From Modestobacter sp. I12A-02662 (GTDB lineage: Bacteria > Actinomycetota > Actinomycetes > Mycobacteriales > Geodermatophilaceae), in the NCBI RefSeq assembly GCF_041028325.1, contig NZ_JABGDE010000013.1, positions 118,980 to 182,979 of the forward strand: a stretch of DNA of 64,000 nt, read 5' to 3'. The notes below the pieces were generated by a model, which did no database searches, was not told where the DNA came from, and saw only the letters and a program-made list of their open reading frames with translations. How positions within the stretch are numbered: the stretch's first letter is position 1; each line of letters opens with the position of its first letter. Below, piece after piece: positions 1-10,199 of this stretch. The position numbers and the translations under genes are program-made.

Positions 1-2
1 TG

Positions 3-1115
3 TTGCAAGGCCTGAAGTGGATGCTGAAGGCCGACAGCCCGCTCTTCGTGCAGCCGTCGCTGTCGCCGACCTTCCTGCGGTTCATGCTCACGATGGCGCG
101 CCACTGCAACGAAGGCGACTTCCGGCGTTCCCTCAACGTCCACCTCGAGATGGCCTCGACCTGCGTCGAGGTCCTTGACGAGTGGGCCGACGACGGGCTG
201 TCGTTCGAGATGCACCGCAAGGGCGTGCTGCTGGTCTTCGAGAACCGGGAGAGCTTCGAGCACCGGGTGGCGCTCAACGACGCGTTCGCGCCGTTCGGGA
301 TGACACCCGACCTGCTCGATGCGGACGCGCTGCACGACCGCGAGCCGTGCCTGTCGGAGCGGGCACGCCACGCCCTGTTCTTCGCCGACGACCGGCAGGT
401 CGAGCCGGACTCCTTGACCGGTGCGTTGGCGAAACGGTTGCGGGAGCTGGGAGCGCAGCTGCGCGAGCACACCCGCGTGCTGGACTTCGAGCAGACCGGC
501 GACCGCGCCACGGCCGTGATCACCGACGGCGGTCGGTTCGAGTGCGACCAGGTCGTCCTCGCCACCGGGGTCTGGACCGGCGTGCTCGCCGCCAAGCTGG
601 GTCCTGCTCTGCCCATCGGCCCGGGCAAGGGGTACAGCGTCGACTACTTCCCCTCCCCCGTGTCGCTGAACACGCCGCTGACCTTCGAGGACGCGCACGT
701 CGCGGTCACGCCACTGGATGGGCGGCTGCGGCTGGCCGGCACGATGGAGTTCTCCGGCCTGGACACCGGCATCAACGCGCGCCGGGTCGAAGCGGTGAAA
801 CGGGCGGCCGCCTCCGGGTTCCGCGACTGGGACGAGCACACCCCGCACGCCGAGCCGTGGGCGGGTCTACGTCCGATGACAGCTGACGGGCTGCCGATCA
901 TCGGCCGGCTGCGCCCGGAGGGCAACGTCCTGGTGGCCTCCGGCCACGGCATGCTCGGCCTCACGCTGGCGCCGAGTACGGCGAAGACGGTGCGCGACCT
1001 CGCCCGCGACGTCGAGGCAGGCCGCCCGAGTCCGCTCACGGCCTACGGACCCGAGCGGTTCCTGCGGTCCTCCCGCAGGAGAGCCCGTCGAGCAGGAGCT
1101 CCCGCTCGACGGTGA
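3..1115 (+). CDS. FAD-dependent oxidoreductase, D-amino-acid dehydrogenase (DadA) family, truncated at the window edge
   Basis: ORF 3..1115; D-amino-acid dehydrogenase-like signatures (ATGVWTG..LPIGPGKGYS, GLRPMTADGLPIIG, VASGHGMLGLT); strong GC3 skew. Confidence 0.7.
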   Translation: MQGLKWMLKADSPLFVQPSLSPTFLRFMLTMARHCNEGDFRRSLNVHLEMASTCVEVLDEWADDGLSFEMHRKGVLLVFENRESFEHRVALNDAFAPFGMTPDLLDADALHDREPCLSERARHALFFADDRQVEPDSLTGALAKRLRELGAQLREHTRVLDFEQTGDRATAVITDGGRFECDQVVLATGVWTGVLAAKLGPALPIGPGKGYSVDYFPSPVSLNTPLTFEDAHVAVTPLDGRLRLAGTMEFSGLDTGINARRVEAVKRAAASGFRDWDEHTPHAEPWAGLRPMTADGLPIIGRLRPEGNVLVASGHGMLGLTLAPSTAKTVRDLARDVEAGRPSPLTAYGPERFLRSSRRRARRAGAPARR

Positions 1116-1370
1116 GAACGGCACCTGCCATCGGCCATGAACCCGTCGACTGCAGGCCGCCCACACGCGTCACAACAGCGGCGCGGCAAACCGGGTCACA
1201 CCGCCGACGCCGCGCGCGCTCGATCTGCCGCGCGCTGAGAACCGACGTGATCAGCCGAACCGCCGTGCTCCTGCGACGGGCCGCGTCCACGTCGGCGAGC
1301 AAGGAACCACGCACTGAGACACGGGGATCCGCACAGCAGACATCCGTAGCCGACCAAGGAGAGAGTCAGC

Positions 1371-3296
1371 ATGTCCGGAACGCCAGAGGCCCTCCCGGTA
1401 GAGGGCGCGTACGAGGCGAGCGACGCCCATCTCAAACAACAGATCAGCCTCTGGGGGCTGATCGCCCTCGCGGTCAGTGTCCAGGTGGGATCCGGCTGGC
1501 TCCTCGCCACCCTCGCTGCGGCCAGCATCGCGGGGCCGGCGTCGATCCTCACCTGGGTGCTCGGCGCCGTCTTCTTCGGCATCATCGGCGTCACGTGGAT
1601 GGAACTCGGCGCGATGCTCCCCCGATCCGGTGCAGGGGTGCGCTATCCCCGGTTGACGCACGGGGCGTTCCTCAGCTGGTTCAACGGCTGGGGCTACCTG
1701 ATCGCGGCGTTGGCCCTGCCCGTGATCGAGGTCCAGGCGGTGCTGACCTACATCGGGGGCAACTGGCCGGAACTCGGTTTCCTGGAGGAACGGGCTGGCA
1801 TCACGGTGCTCTCCTGGCCGCTCGGCATCCTCGTCGGCTTCGTCCTGCTCTTCGTCTTCTTCCTGCTCAACCTGTTCGGGGCGAAGCTGCTCAGTGAGTC
1901 CAACAAGTACGTGACCATCTGGAAGATCGTCATCCCGCTCGTCACGTCGTTCCTCATGTTCACCGCGTTCTCGTCGGCGAACTTCACCATCGGCGGCGGG
2001 TTCGCGCCGCTGGGCGGCGGCGCGGTCTTCGGCGCCCTCGCGACCGGTGGCATCGTCTTCGCTTACTCGGGTCTCCGGCAGATCCTCGACTTCGGTGGCG
2101 AAGTCGTGAACCCGCAGCGCAACATCCCGATCGCGATCGTCGTGGGCGGGCTGCTCATCCCGCTCGTCATCTACATTCTGCTGCAGATCGGGTTCCTCGG
2201 GGCGATCAACTGGGCTGACGCCGGGGTGGAGCCCGGTGACTGGACCGGCCTCCTCGGCAGCGACTGGGCGTCCGCCCCCCTGCTCAACGCCGTCGTCGCG
2301 GCCGGCTTCACGTGGTTCTCCGTCGTCCTGCTCTCCGACGCCGCACTCTCGCCGGCGGCCACCGGATGGGTGTGGCTCGGCATCGGCACCCGAACGGTGT
2401 ACTCGATGTCGGTCAACAAGGAGGTCCCCGCGGTCTTCCAGCGGATCAACCGCCACGGGACCCCCATCGTGGCTCTGTTCGGGTGCACCGTGGTCGGCCT
2501 GCTGTTCTTCTTCCCGGCGCCGAGCTGGTACCTCTTCGTCGGGATGGTCTCCATCGCGCTGACCCTCAGCTACGTCATGGGCGGCCCGGTCCTGGCGGTG
2601 CTGAGGCGCACCGCGCCGGACCTCCCGCGTCCGGTCAAGCTCAAGGGAGTCACCTTCTGGGCCATGTCCGGGTACGTCGCCAGCCTCATGCTCATCTACT
2701 TCGCGGGATGGGTGCCGCTGATCAACCTCTTCACCATCGTCTTCTTCGCGCTCCCCATCTACGGCGCCTACACGAGTGCCCGGGAAGGGTGGAGCCGGCC
2801 CGTCCCGAGCCGGCTGCTCTCCGCCGCGTTCACGATCGCCTGGGTGGTCACCGCAGTCGGAGGTGGCTGGCTGGCCACCCTGGACCAGCAGCAGCGCGAA
2901 GGGAGCTGGGGGTTCCCGGTGTTCTTCACGGCGATCGTGCTGATCGTCGTCCTGTTCACGGCGGGCCTCTACGCGGTGAGCACCGACGTCGGCCGGCGGC
3001 ACATCCACGGCGGGATCTGGCTGGTCGTCACGATCCTCGCCCTGTTGTTCCTCGCCTACGTCGGGCCGTTCGGACCCATGGAGGACCCTCTGCTGGACAA
3101 TCCGATCGATCTGATCCTGATGATCCTGGTCGCCATCGGCTCCTTCCTCTGGTCGGTGCGGGCGGGCGGCCCCACCGAGGAGCTCACAGAGATCCTCAAG
3201 GCCCAGGAGGAACGCGACCGCGCGGCGGGCAACGTCCCCGCCTCGTCCAACCCCCGCACCGAGCCCGCCCGGCCGACCAAGGCCGTGGAAGGCTGA
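1371..3296 (+). CDS. amino acid permease, APC superfamily
   Basis: 641 aa, many hydrophobic TM segments, APC-like N-terminal consensus (SLWGLIALAVSVQVGSGW); AAGGAGAGAG RBS 6 nt before ATG. Confidence 0.8.
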   Translation: MSGTPEALPVEGAYEASDAHLKQQISLWGLIALAVSVQVGSGWLLATLAAASIAGPASILTWVLGAVFFGIIGVTWMELGAMLPRSGAGVRYPRLTHGAFLSWFNGWGYLIAALALPVIEVQAVLTYIGGNWPELGFLEERAGITVLSWPLGILVGFVLLFVFFLLNLFGAKLLSESNKYVTIWKIVIPLVTSFLMFTAFSSANFTIGGGFAPLGGGAVFGALATGGIVFAYSGLRQILDFGGEVVNPQRNIPIAIVVGGLLIPLVIYILLQIGFLGAINWADAGVEPGDWTGLLGSDWASAPLLNAVVAAGFTWFSVVLLSDAALSPAATGWVWLGIGTRTVYSMSVNKEVPAVFQRINRHGTPIVALFGCTVVGLLFFFPAPSWYLFVGMVSIALTLSYVMGGPVLAVLRRTAPDLPRPVKLKGVTFWAMSGYVASLMLIYFAGWVPLINLFTIVFFALPIYGAYTSAREGWSRPVPSRLLSAAFTIAWVVTAVGGGWLATLDQQQREGSWGFPVFFTAIVLIVVLFTAGLYAVSTDVGRRHIHGGIWLVVTILALLFLAYVGPFGPMEDPLLDNPIDLILMILVAIGSFLWSVRAGGPTEELTEILKAQEERDRAAGNVPASSNPRTEPARPTKAVEG

Positions 3297-3300
3297 ACTC

Positions 3301-5253
3301 ATGACGCGAGCGGTCCGGGTGTTGCGTGTGAGGCGCCCGGGCCGCTCGCGCCCGCGTGTCCTGGGCATGAGGTCGGCGCGGTCGGTCCGCGACCTACCAT
3401 TGGCAGTCGTGCCCACCACCACCTCGAGCGCAGAGGATGTCGACGTCGCGACGTTGACCGACTTCCTGGGCTCCTGCGCTCCCTTCGACGGTTTGGAGCC
3501 GGCCGAGCTGGCCCGGGTGGCCGCGCACGCCGTCGTCGAGCAGTACGAGGCCGGTGCCGTCATCCTCGATGCCTTCGACTCCCGCGTTGCCGAGCTGTTC
3601 GTCGTGTGGGAGGGCCGGGTCGACATCTGGGTGAACCGGGACCGGCTGACCGAGCTACCGGACAAGACAGAAGGAGCAGGTGGCCTCTTCGGCTACGTCG
3701 CTGCCCTCACCGGAGCGGCCCTCAGGCCGCAGGCTGTCGCCGTCGGGAAGGTGGTCGTCATCCGGCTGCCGGCCGACCTCGTGGCACCGGCGTTCGCGTC
3801 CCGTCGCGGTGCTCGCTTTCTCGCACAAGAGGTCTGGTCGACCAATCAACGCGCGGTCGGGGTCCCCACGTACACGCTGGTCGACGACCTGGTGGCGCGC
3901 ACCCCACTCGTCATCGAGCCCGAGGCCTCGATCACCGAAGCCGCATCGAAGATGGCCGAGGCCGACCTCGGATACGCCGCCGTCCGGATCGCGCCCGGAC
4001 GCTTCGGCCTCGTCACCGACGCGGCCATCCGCAACGCCGTAGCGTCAGCCTGCCCGACGACGATCCCGGTGGTCGAGATCATGGTCTCCGACCCACCGGC
4101 GGTGCATCTCGGGGCGTCGGCGGCCGAAGCGCTCATCAAGGTCCTGGACCGGGCGGCGGACTTCGTGCTGGTCACTGACCGCCGAGGTGAGTTGTGCGGC
4201 GCCGTCGCACCCATCGACTTCGTGGTGTCGTCGACGACCGCCGGAGCGGCGCTGCACGAGCAGCTACGGCGCGCGACCACGGTGGCGGAGCTGCAGCAGC
4301 GCTTCCGGGAAGTACCCCACCTGGTCAGCGACCTCATGGCCCGCGGCCTGGCGTCGAGCCGGGTCATCACCGTGCACTCCGCGCTCGTGGACACCTTGGT
4401 GCGCCGCGCCATCCGTCTGGTCATGGAGGCGCACCCCGACCTGGACCGGGAGGCATTCACCTGGCTGTCGCTGGGCAGCAACGGACGACGGGAGGCGGTG
4501 CTCAGCTCGGACATGGACGCGGCGGTGTCGTTCGCCGCCGGCCTGAGCGCGGACGAGATCGCGCGCTACCGTCCTGCGTTCATCGAGATCACACACGTCC
4601 TGGAACAGGCCGGGCTCAACCACGACCTCCACGGGGTCAGCCCGGCGAACCCGGACTTCGCCCGCACGCACCGCCAGTGGGAGGCCGCGGCACGGGGATG
4701 GCTGTCCCGGCCCACGGAGGACGACGCGGTGATCAAGACCTGCCTGCTCGTCGACGGCCGGCCCATCCACGGCGACCTCGCCCTGCCCGAGGTCGCTCGC
4801 GTGTTCGGCGACCTCCGCCTGCACCCGACGACGATGAAGATGCTCCTCGCCATCTCGATCGACCGGTCCAAGGCGGCACGCGGACGGTGGCGTCGCAAGC
4901 AGATCGACCTCAAGAAGGAGGCCCTCCTGCCGATCACGAACATCGCCCGTTGGGCCGCACTCAGCGCCGGGTCACCCGCCCTGCAGACGCAGGAGCGACT
5001 GCGGGCCGCCGCCGGATCGCGCATGCTGAGCGTCGAGGACGCCGACACACTTGACGACGTGTTCGAGATCGTCCAGCAGATCCGACTCCGTCACCAGCTC
5101 GGGCAGGTCCAGTCGGGTGAGCGACCGTCGGACACGGTGCGGCCACGCGACCTGTCGTCGATAGAGGCAAGCGTGCTCGGCGAGGCGATCGGCGAGATCA
5201 CCGCGATCCAGCGCCGAATGGCGACCAAGGCCAAGTACGTCCAGGACCTCTGA
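3301..5253 (+). CDS. signal-transduction protein: cNMP-binding + CBS + putative nucleotidyltransferase (DUF294/DUF294_C)
   Basis: N-terminal cyclic-nucleotide-binding-like region, central CBS-like region, nucleotidyltransferase motif LSLGSNGRREAVLSSDMDAAV; exact start uncertain (ATG 3301 or downstream). Confidence 0.7.
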   Translation: MTRAVRVLRVRRPGRSRPRVLGMRSARSVRDLPLAVVPTTTSSAEDVDVATLTDFLGSCAPFDGLEPAELARVAAHAVVEQYEAGAVILDAFDSRVAELFVVWEGRVDIWVNRDRLTELPDKTEGAGGLFGYVAALTGAALRPQAVAVGKVVVIRLPADLVAPAFASRRGARFLAQEVWSTNQRAVGVPTYTLVDDLVARTPLVIEPEASITEAASKMAEADLGYAAVRIAPGRFGLVTDAAIRNAVASACPTTIPVVEIMVSDPPAVHLGASAAEALIKVLDRAADFVLVTDRRGELCGAVAPIDFVVSSTTAGAALHEQLRRATTVAELQQRFREVPHLVSDLMARGLASSRVITVHSALVDTLVRRAIRLVMEAHPDLDREAFTWLSLGSNGRREAVLSSDMDAAVSFAAGLSADEIARYRPAFIEITHVLEQAGLNHDLHGVSPANPDFARTHRQWEAAARGWLSRPTEDDAVIKTCLLVDGRPIHGDLALPEVARVFGDLRLHPTTMKMLLAISIDRSKAARGRWRRKQIDLKKEALLPITNIARWAALSAGSPALQTQERLRAAAGSRMLSVEDADTLDDVFEIVQQIRLRHQLGQVQSGERPSDTVRPRDLSSIEASVLGEAIGEITAIQRRMATKAKYVQDL

Positions 5254-5280
5254 GGCTGAACGCCGGCGTGGGCGCGGGCG

Positions 5281-5370
5281 TTACGAGGGCCGCTGCTGCA
5301 CGGTGGAGGCCTTGCTCGTCCTGGCGCCCTCGATGGACCTCACGTACGCCGCAGCCACCAGGTAGAGAGC
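5281..5370 (-). pseudogene. orphan 3' fragment of an atypical SDR (paralogous to the 3' end of the SDR gene at 6726..7325)
   Basis: translation ..LYLVAAAYVRSIEGA.. matches the C-terminus VAAAAYVRSIEGAETGQVFIVQ of the downstream SDR at roughly 75% DNA identity; no N-terminal part. Confidence 0.4.
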
Positions 5371-5574
5371 ACGGGCGTGACCGCCGAGAAGAGTGGCCGC
5401 ACCCGGCCGTCGAGCGTCATGTTGACGGCTCGCGTCTTCGTGTCGTCGCCTGCACCGCTCGCCACCGAAGCGTGGTCGCTGACGCCTCCGCGCACGACGG
5501 GTGCAGCAGACCCGCCGGGCCTCAGCGCACGTAGTCCGCTCCGGTGATGTCGATGGTCGCGCCCGTCGTGTGCG

Positions 5575-6110
5575 GGCCCGGCCTGAGGCCAGGAACGCGA
5601 TGACCTCAGCCACCTCCTGCGGCGGGGTCACTTCCCCCAGCGGCAGCGCTGCGGCCTTTCTGCGGCGTCCACGCCCGCAGCGAGGTCGGTCGCCACCCAG
5701 CCCGGTGCCACGCGCAGGCGAGTACTCCGTCTCTCGAACAACCTCGTGCGATGCCCTTCGTCAGCGCCAGAAGGCCCCCCTTGGCCGCCCCGTAGGCGAG
5801 GTGCTCGGCGTCATCACCTCGGTGCGAGGATCGGCTGGCGACGTTCACGATGATGCCGCCGCGCCGCTGACGGAAGTGGTTGAGCGCATGCCGGCAGAGA
5901 TCAGCCGGTGCGGCCAGGTTCATAGTGAGGTTCGCGGACGATCCCGCCTGCCACTGCCCCTCGTCCTCGATCGGACTGCCGATCCACACCTCGTCAGAGG
6001 CGACTTCCTGCAGCCGAACGCTGCTTTGTCGGTCTGGAGGGCAGCGCTCGATGCCACCGGCCATGTCGACGTGCTGTTCAACAACGCGGGGTGCGGTGCA
6101 GCGCACGCGC
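5575..6110 (-). pseudogene. classical short-chain dehydrogenase (FabG-like) remnant, frameshifted; N-terminal third appears on the opposite strand
   Basis: minus strand: vNL..GGIIVNVAS....LAYGAAKGG (YxxxK) then PQEVAEVIAFLAS in another frame; plus strand 5888..6100 encodes the SDR N-terminal motif GHVDVLFNNAG; no intact ORF. Confidence 0.5.
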
Positions 6111-6299
6111 CGTGGCCGCTCCGATGCCCCGTGACGCGCCGGTGACGAGGACCGTGCGGGCGGTCGCTCGAGGTGCCGTCATCACGCCATCGCCTGTACG
6201 TCAGTCGGCGCTACGACGCGGCCCGGCGTCGAAAAGCCATCCCGCGAGACGACGGATGCTAGTGGTGCGGCGCCATCGGGCCGGCCGGTGGGGTGGGAG

Positions 6300-6700
6300 C
6301 CAGCCGCACGCAGGGCGGCAGCACGACCGACCTCTCGCCGACATCGACCCGGGTGCGTCGTCCGGATCCGGAGGCGGTGCGGTGAGCGCGGTGGAACTGC
6401 CAGCGGGTCATTCCCAGGTGACCTCCTTCGACGTCTGGACACAGATGGCATCCACGAGGGCTGCACACATGCCGCGGGCCCCGCGGAACCGGCGTACGGG
6501 TTGTTCGGTCCAGTGCAGCGCCTTCGATGCCCTGACGCCGGTGCGCCTTCCGAGCCACCTTGCACCGGTTGGCGAGGGTGCTTCCGCGCTGCTGGAAGGG
6601 TTCGAGGTCTGGGTGCCCAGGACGCGCCTGGCACATGCAGGCGGCACAAGAGTCCACCGGCGTCATCACCCAGTTGCACGGGACGGTCAACGAGGCCAGA
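6300..6700 (-). pseudogene. HNH endonuclease (DUF222-type) remnant
   Basis: minus-frame translation C..C.ARPGHPDLEPF...GSTLANRCKVARKAHRRQGIEG resembles the actinobacterial HNH core (C.FPGC.RPA..CD.DH...W..GG.T.L.N...LC..HH..K..GW); no start, surrounded by stops. Confidence 0.35.
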
Positions 6701-6725
6701 CGGTCACGGTCGAGCGCCAACGGTG

Positions 6726-7325
6726 TCACTGCACGATGAAGACCTGGCCGGTCTCGGCACCCTCGATGGAGCGGACGTACGCCGCGGCGGCGACGTCGAC
6801 CCCGACCGGCGTGACACCTGGGAAGAGATGGCCGTACGCCGCCATGCTCTCGGCGAACACCGTGGGGCTGACGGCGTTGATGCGTTGCGGGGCGAGTTCG
6901 ATGGCTGCGGCACGCACAAAGGACTCCACGGCTCCGTTCACCATGGCGGCCGCGCTCCCGGTGACGATGGGCTCGCGGTTCAGGATTCCTGCGATCAGGG
7001 TGAATGAGCCGCGCTCGGCGACGTGCCGCGTGCCCTGCCGGACCAGCTCGATCTGGGCGCCGACCTTGCCGCGATAGGCGCTCAGGTAGTCCTCGGGTGT
7101 CATGTCGACGAAGTGCTTGTACGGCACGTCGCCAGCGGTACAGACCACCGCATCGAGACCACTCGCCTGAGCGAAAACCGCGGCGATCTGGTCACCGTCG
7201 GCGATGTCGGCTCGGATGTCACCGGCCGTGCGTCCGACGGTGATGACGTGGTGCCCACGCCCGGTGAGCGTCTCGCCCACCGCGCATCCGAGGCGCCCCG
7301 TCGCCCCGACCAACAAGACCCTCAT
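6726..7325 (-). CDS. NAD(P)H-binding short-chain dehydrogenase/reductase (atypical SDR)
   Basis: MRVLLVGATGRLG Rossmann motif at N-terminus; GGAGGTG RBS 7 nt upstream of ATG 7325. Confidence 0.7.
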   Translation of the reverse strand: MRVLLVGATGRLGCAVGETLTGRGHHVITVGRTAGDIRADIADGDQIAAVFAQASGLDAVVCTAGDVPYKHFVDMTPEDYLSAYRGKVGAQIELVRQGTRHVAERGSFTLIAGILNREPIVTGSAAAMVNGAVESFVRAAAIELAPQRINAVSPTVFAESMAAYGHLFPGVTPVGVDVAAAAYVRSIEGAETGQVFIVQ

Positions 7326-7380
7326 GGTGCCCACCTCCGCTGCAGTTCCATGCCCGTGTCCTTCCCGCCCACCGGACGTG

Positions 7381-8511
7381 TCACCGTGCCGCGAGCAGGT
7401 CGGCCGGGTCCGCGAACGGCAGCTGGTGCGCCTCGGCGACCGGCTGGTTGACGAGGTCTCCCCCGAGCGTGCTCAGGCCGAGCCGGAGGGCGGGATCGAC
7501 CTTGGCCGCGCCGACCACACCGTGCCGTGCGACCCGGACCAGGTAGGGCAGCGTGGCCGAGGTCAGGGCGAGGGTGGAGGTGCGGGCGACCGCCCCGGGG
7601 ATGTTGGCCACGCAGTAGTGGATGACGTCCTCCTCCACGTACGTGGGGTCGGAGTGTGTGGTCGGCCGGCTGGTCTCGAAGCAGCCACCCTGGTCGATGG
7701 CGATGTCGACGACCACGCTGCCCGGCCGCATCGCGGCGATCATCTCCCGGCTGACCAGCTTTGGTGCTTTGGCGCCGGGCACGAGGACTGCGCCGATCAC
7801 GACGTCTGCCTCGGCCACGTAGGCCGCCGTCCGCGCTCGATTGGGGGTCACCAGGTCCAGCCGCCCGCCGAAGATGTCGGAGAGATAGGCCAGCCGAGCC
7901 GGGTTGGTGTCGAGGACCCGCACTATGGCCCGCATGCCCAGCGCGATCTTCGCCGCCTCGGTGCCGGCAACCCCGCCGCCGATGATGAGGACCTTCGCCG
8001 CGGGGGTGCCCGGGACGCCGCCGAGCAGGATCCCAGCCCCGCCGGCGGGGTTCTCCAGATGGTGCGCGGCGGCCTGGACGGCCATCCGGCCGGCGACCTC
8101 ACTCATGGGCGTGAGCAGCGGGAGCTTGCCGTCGGCGGTCTGCACGGTCTCATAGGCGATGGAGTCGATCCGCCGCTTCAGCAAGAACTCGGTCAGCCCG
8201 CGGTCGGCGGCCAGGTGCAGGTAGGTGAACAGCTGCTGGCCCGGACGGAAGCGGTCGTACTCCGCGGGTACCGGCTCCTTGACCTTGACGATGAGGTCGG
8301 CGGCGGCGAACACCTCGTCGGCGGTCGGCACGACCTTGGCGCCGGCCGTGGCGTACTCGTCGTCCGCGAACCGGGACCCAGCACCGGCGCCGGCTTGCAC
8401 GACCACCTGGTGACCATCGTGCAGGAGTTCCACGACCCCATCGGGGGTGAGTGCAACCCGCCTCTCGTTGTCCTTGATCTCGCTCGGTACTCCGACGACC
8501 AGCGTGCTCAT
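7381..8511 (-). CDS. ald: alanine dehydrogenase
   Basis: 376 aa; canonical Ald sequence (VGVPSEIKDNERRVALTP, KVKEP, VLIIGGGVAGTEAA, VVDIAIDQGG); GGAGGAG RBS. Confidence 0.9.
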   Translation of the reverse strand: MSTLVVGVPSEIKDNERRVALTPDGVVELLHDGHQVVVQAGAGAGSRFADDEYATAGAKVVPTADEVFAAADLIVKVKEPVPAEYDRFRPGQQLFTYLHLAADRGLTEFLLKRRIDSIAYETVQTADGKLPLLTPMSEVAGRMAVQAAAHHLENPAGGAGILLGGVPGTPAAKVLIIGGGVAGTEAAKIALGMRAIVRVLDTNPARLAYLSDIFGGRLDLVTPNRARTAAYVAEADVVIGAVLVPGAKAPKLVSREMIAAMRPGSVVVDIAIDQGGCFETSRPTTHSDPTYVEEDVIHYCVANIPGAVARTSTLALTSATLPYLVRVARHGVVGAAKVDPALRLGLSTLGGDLVNQPVAEAHQLPFADPADLLAAR

Positions 8512-8620
8512 GGCGTGTCTCCTCCGGTGGTCGCCCCGTGCGGTGGCACCGGAGCGAGGGTTGTCGAGTCACGACGCCAGGTGCCGTCGTGGGTTCGCAG
8601 GGACGGGTGACCGTCCGTCG

Positions 8621-10015
8621 TCAGAGCAGGTCTTGGGCCTGGGTCAGCGTCGCCCGCAGGATCTGCTCTATCTGGTCAAACTCGGCCTGGCCGCAGATGA
8701 GCGGCGGAGCCACCTGGACGACGACGTCACCCCGGTCGTCGGGGCGGCAGTACAGGCCGTTGTCGAACAACGCGCCGGGCAGGAAGCCGCGCACGAGCCG
8801 CTCCCGCTCCGCGGCGTCGAAGGTCTGCCGGGTGGCCTTGTCCTTGACCAGCTCGACGGCCCAGAAGTAGCCGTCCCCGCGGACGTCGCCGACGATCGGC
8901 AGGTCCAGCAGCTTGCCCAGGGTGGCGCCCAGCGCGGTCTCGTTGTCCAGCACGCGCTGGTTGAGCCCCTCCCGCTCCATCAGGTCGAGGTTGGCGAGCG
9001 AGACGGCAGCGGCCACGGGGTGGCCGCCGAAGGTGTAGCCGTGTGGAAAGGCCACGTTAGGGCGCAGGAAGGGCTCCATCACCCGCTCCGAGGCGATCAT
9101 CGCGCCGATCGGGCCGTACCCGGAGCTCATCCCCTTGGCGCACGTGATCAGGTCAGGGACGTAGCCGAACTTCTCGCAGGCGAACGTCGCACCGTGCCGG
9201 CCGAAGGCGCAGATGACCTCGTCGGAGACGAGCAGGACGTCGTGCCGGTCGCAGATCTCGCGGACCCGCTCGAAGTAGCCCGGCGGCGGCACCAGGCAGC
9301 CGCCGGAGTTCTGCACCGGTTCCAGGAACACCGCGGCGACGGTGTCGGCGCCCTCGAAGAGGATGGCCTCCTCGATCCGGTCGGCGGCCCACAGCCCGAA
9401 GGCCTTCGGGTCGTCGGCAAACTCCGGGTGGCGGTAGAGGTTGGTGTTGGGCACCCGGAAGCCGCCCGGGGCGAGCGGCTCGAAGTCCTTCTTCATGGCG
9501 GGCAGCCCGGTGATGGCCAGGGCGCCGTGTGGGGTGCCGTGGTAGGCCACCGCCCGGCTGATCACCTTGTGCTTCTGCGGCTTCCCGATCAGCTTGAAGT
9601 ACTGCTTGGCGGCCTTCCACGCCGACTCCACCGCCTCTCCCCCGCCGGTGGTGAAGAAGACGCGGTTCAGGTCGCCGGGCGCGAGGCCGGCGATCCGCTC
9701 GGCCAGCTCGGCCTGCACCGGGGTGGTGTAGCCCCACACCGGGAAGTACGCCAGCTCGGCGGCCTGCTTGGCGGCCGCCTCGGCGAGTTCGCGACGCCCG
9801 TGCCCCACCTGGACGACGAACAGCCCGGACAGGCCGTCGAGGATCTTCCGGCCCTGGTTGTCCCAGATGTAGGCACCCTCGCCGCGGGTGATGACCGGGA
9901 CCGGCGTCTCCGGATGGCGGCCCTGGCGGGCGAAGTGCATCCAGAGGTGGTCCGCGGCACGCGCGGCCGTCGCATCCGGGATCCCGGCCGGGGGCTGCTC
10001 GATCGAGGTGGTCAT
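8621..10015 (-). CDS. class III (omega) aminotransferase, PLP-dependent (beta-alanine/pyruvate-type)
   Basis: class-III aminotransferase fold motifs (ITRGEGAYIWD, PLP-lysine region DEVICAFGRHG); start chosen at MTTSIEQ (RBS GAGGAG upstream) rather than the upstream extension to 10321. Confidence 0.85.
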   Translation of the reverse strand: MTTSIEQPPAGIPDATAARAADHLWMHFARQGRHPETPVPVITRGEGAYIWDNQGRKILDGLSGLFVVQVGHGRRELAEAAAKQAAELAYFPVWGYTTPVQAELAERIAGLAPGDLNRVFFTTGGGEAVESAWKAAKQYFKLIGKPQKHKVISRAVAYHGTPHGALAITGLPAMKKDFEPLAPGGFRVPNTNLYRHPEFADDPKAFGLWAADRIEEAILFEGADTVAAVFLEPVQNSGGCLVPPPGYFERVREICDRHDVLLVSDEVICAFGRHGATFACEKFGYVPDLITCAKGMSSGYGPIGAMIASERVMEPFLRPNVAFPHGYTFGGHPVAAAVSLANLDLMEREGLNQRVLDNETALGATLGKLLDLPIVGDVRGDGYFWAVELVKDKATRQTFDAAERERLVRGFLPGALFDNGLYCRPDDRGDVVVQVAPPLICGQAEFDQIEQILRATLTQAQDLL

Positions 10016-10199
10016 GTCGGGCTCCTCGTGGCTTCGGGGTCGGACGAGCGCTGCCACGAGTCTGCTGACACCTGCCCTCGTCGTCACCCGACGATCTGTA
10101 CCGGCCTCCGCGATCGGCCCGACAGTCCGTAGGGACAGAGCGGCATGTCCGACTGGCCGAAGTGATCGACCCGCCGCCGATGCGGGATCGCCGACACGG

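Noticed and set aside
1251-3665. 804-aa minus-strand ORF overlapping the APC permease
   Set aside because: Shadow ORF typical of 72% GC DNA. Low-complexity R/G/D/E-rich translation; the plus-strand frame has the GC3 skew and the membrane-protein sequence.
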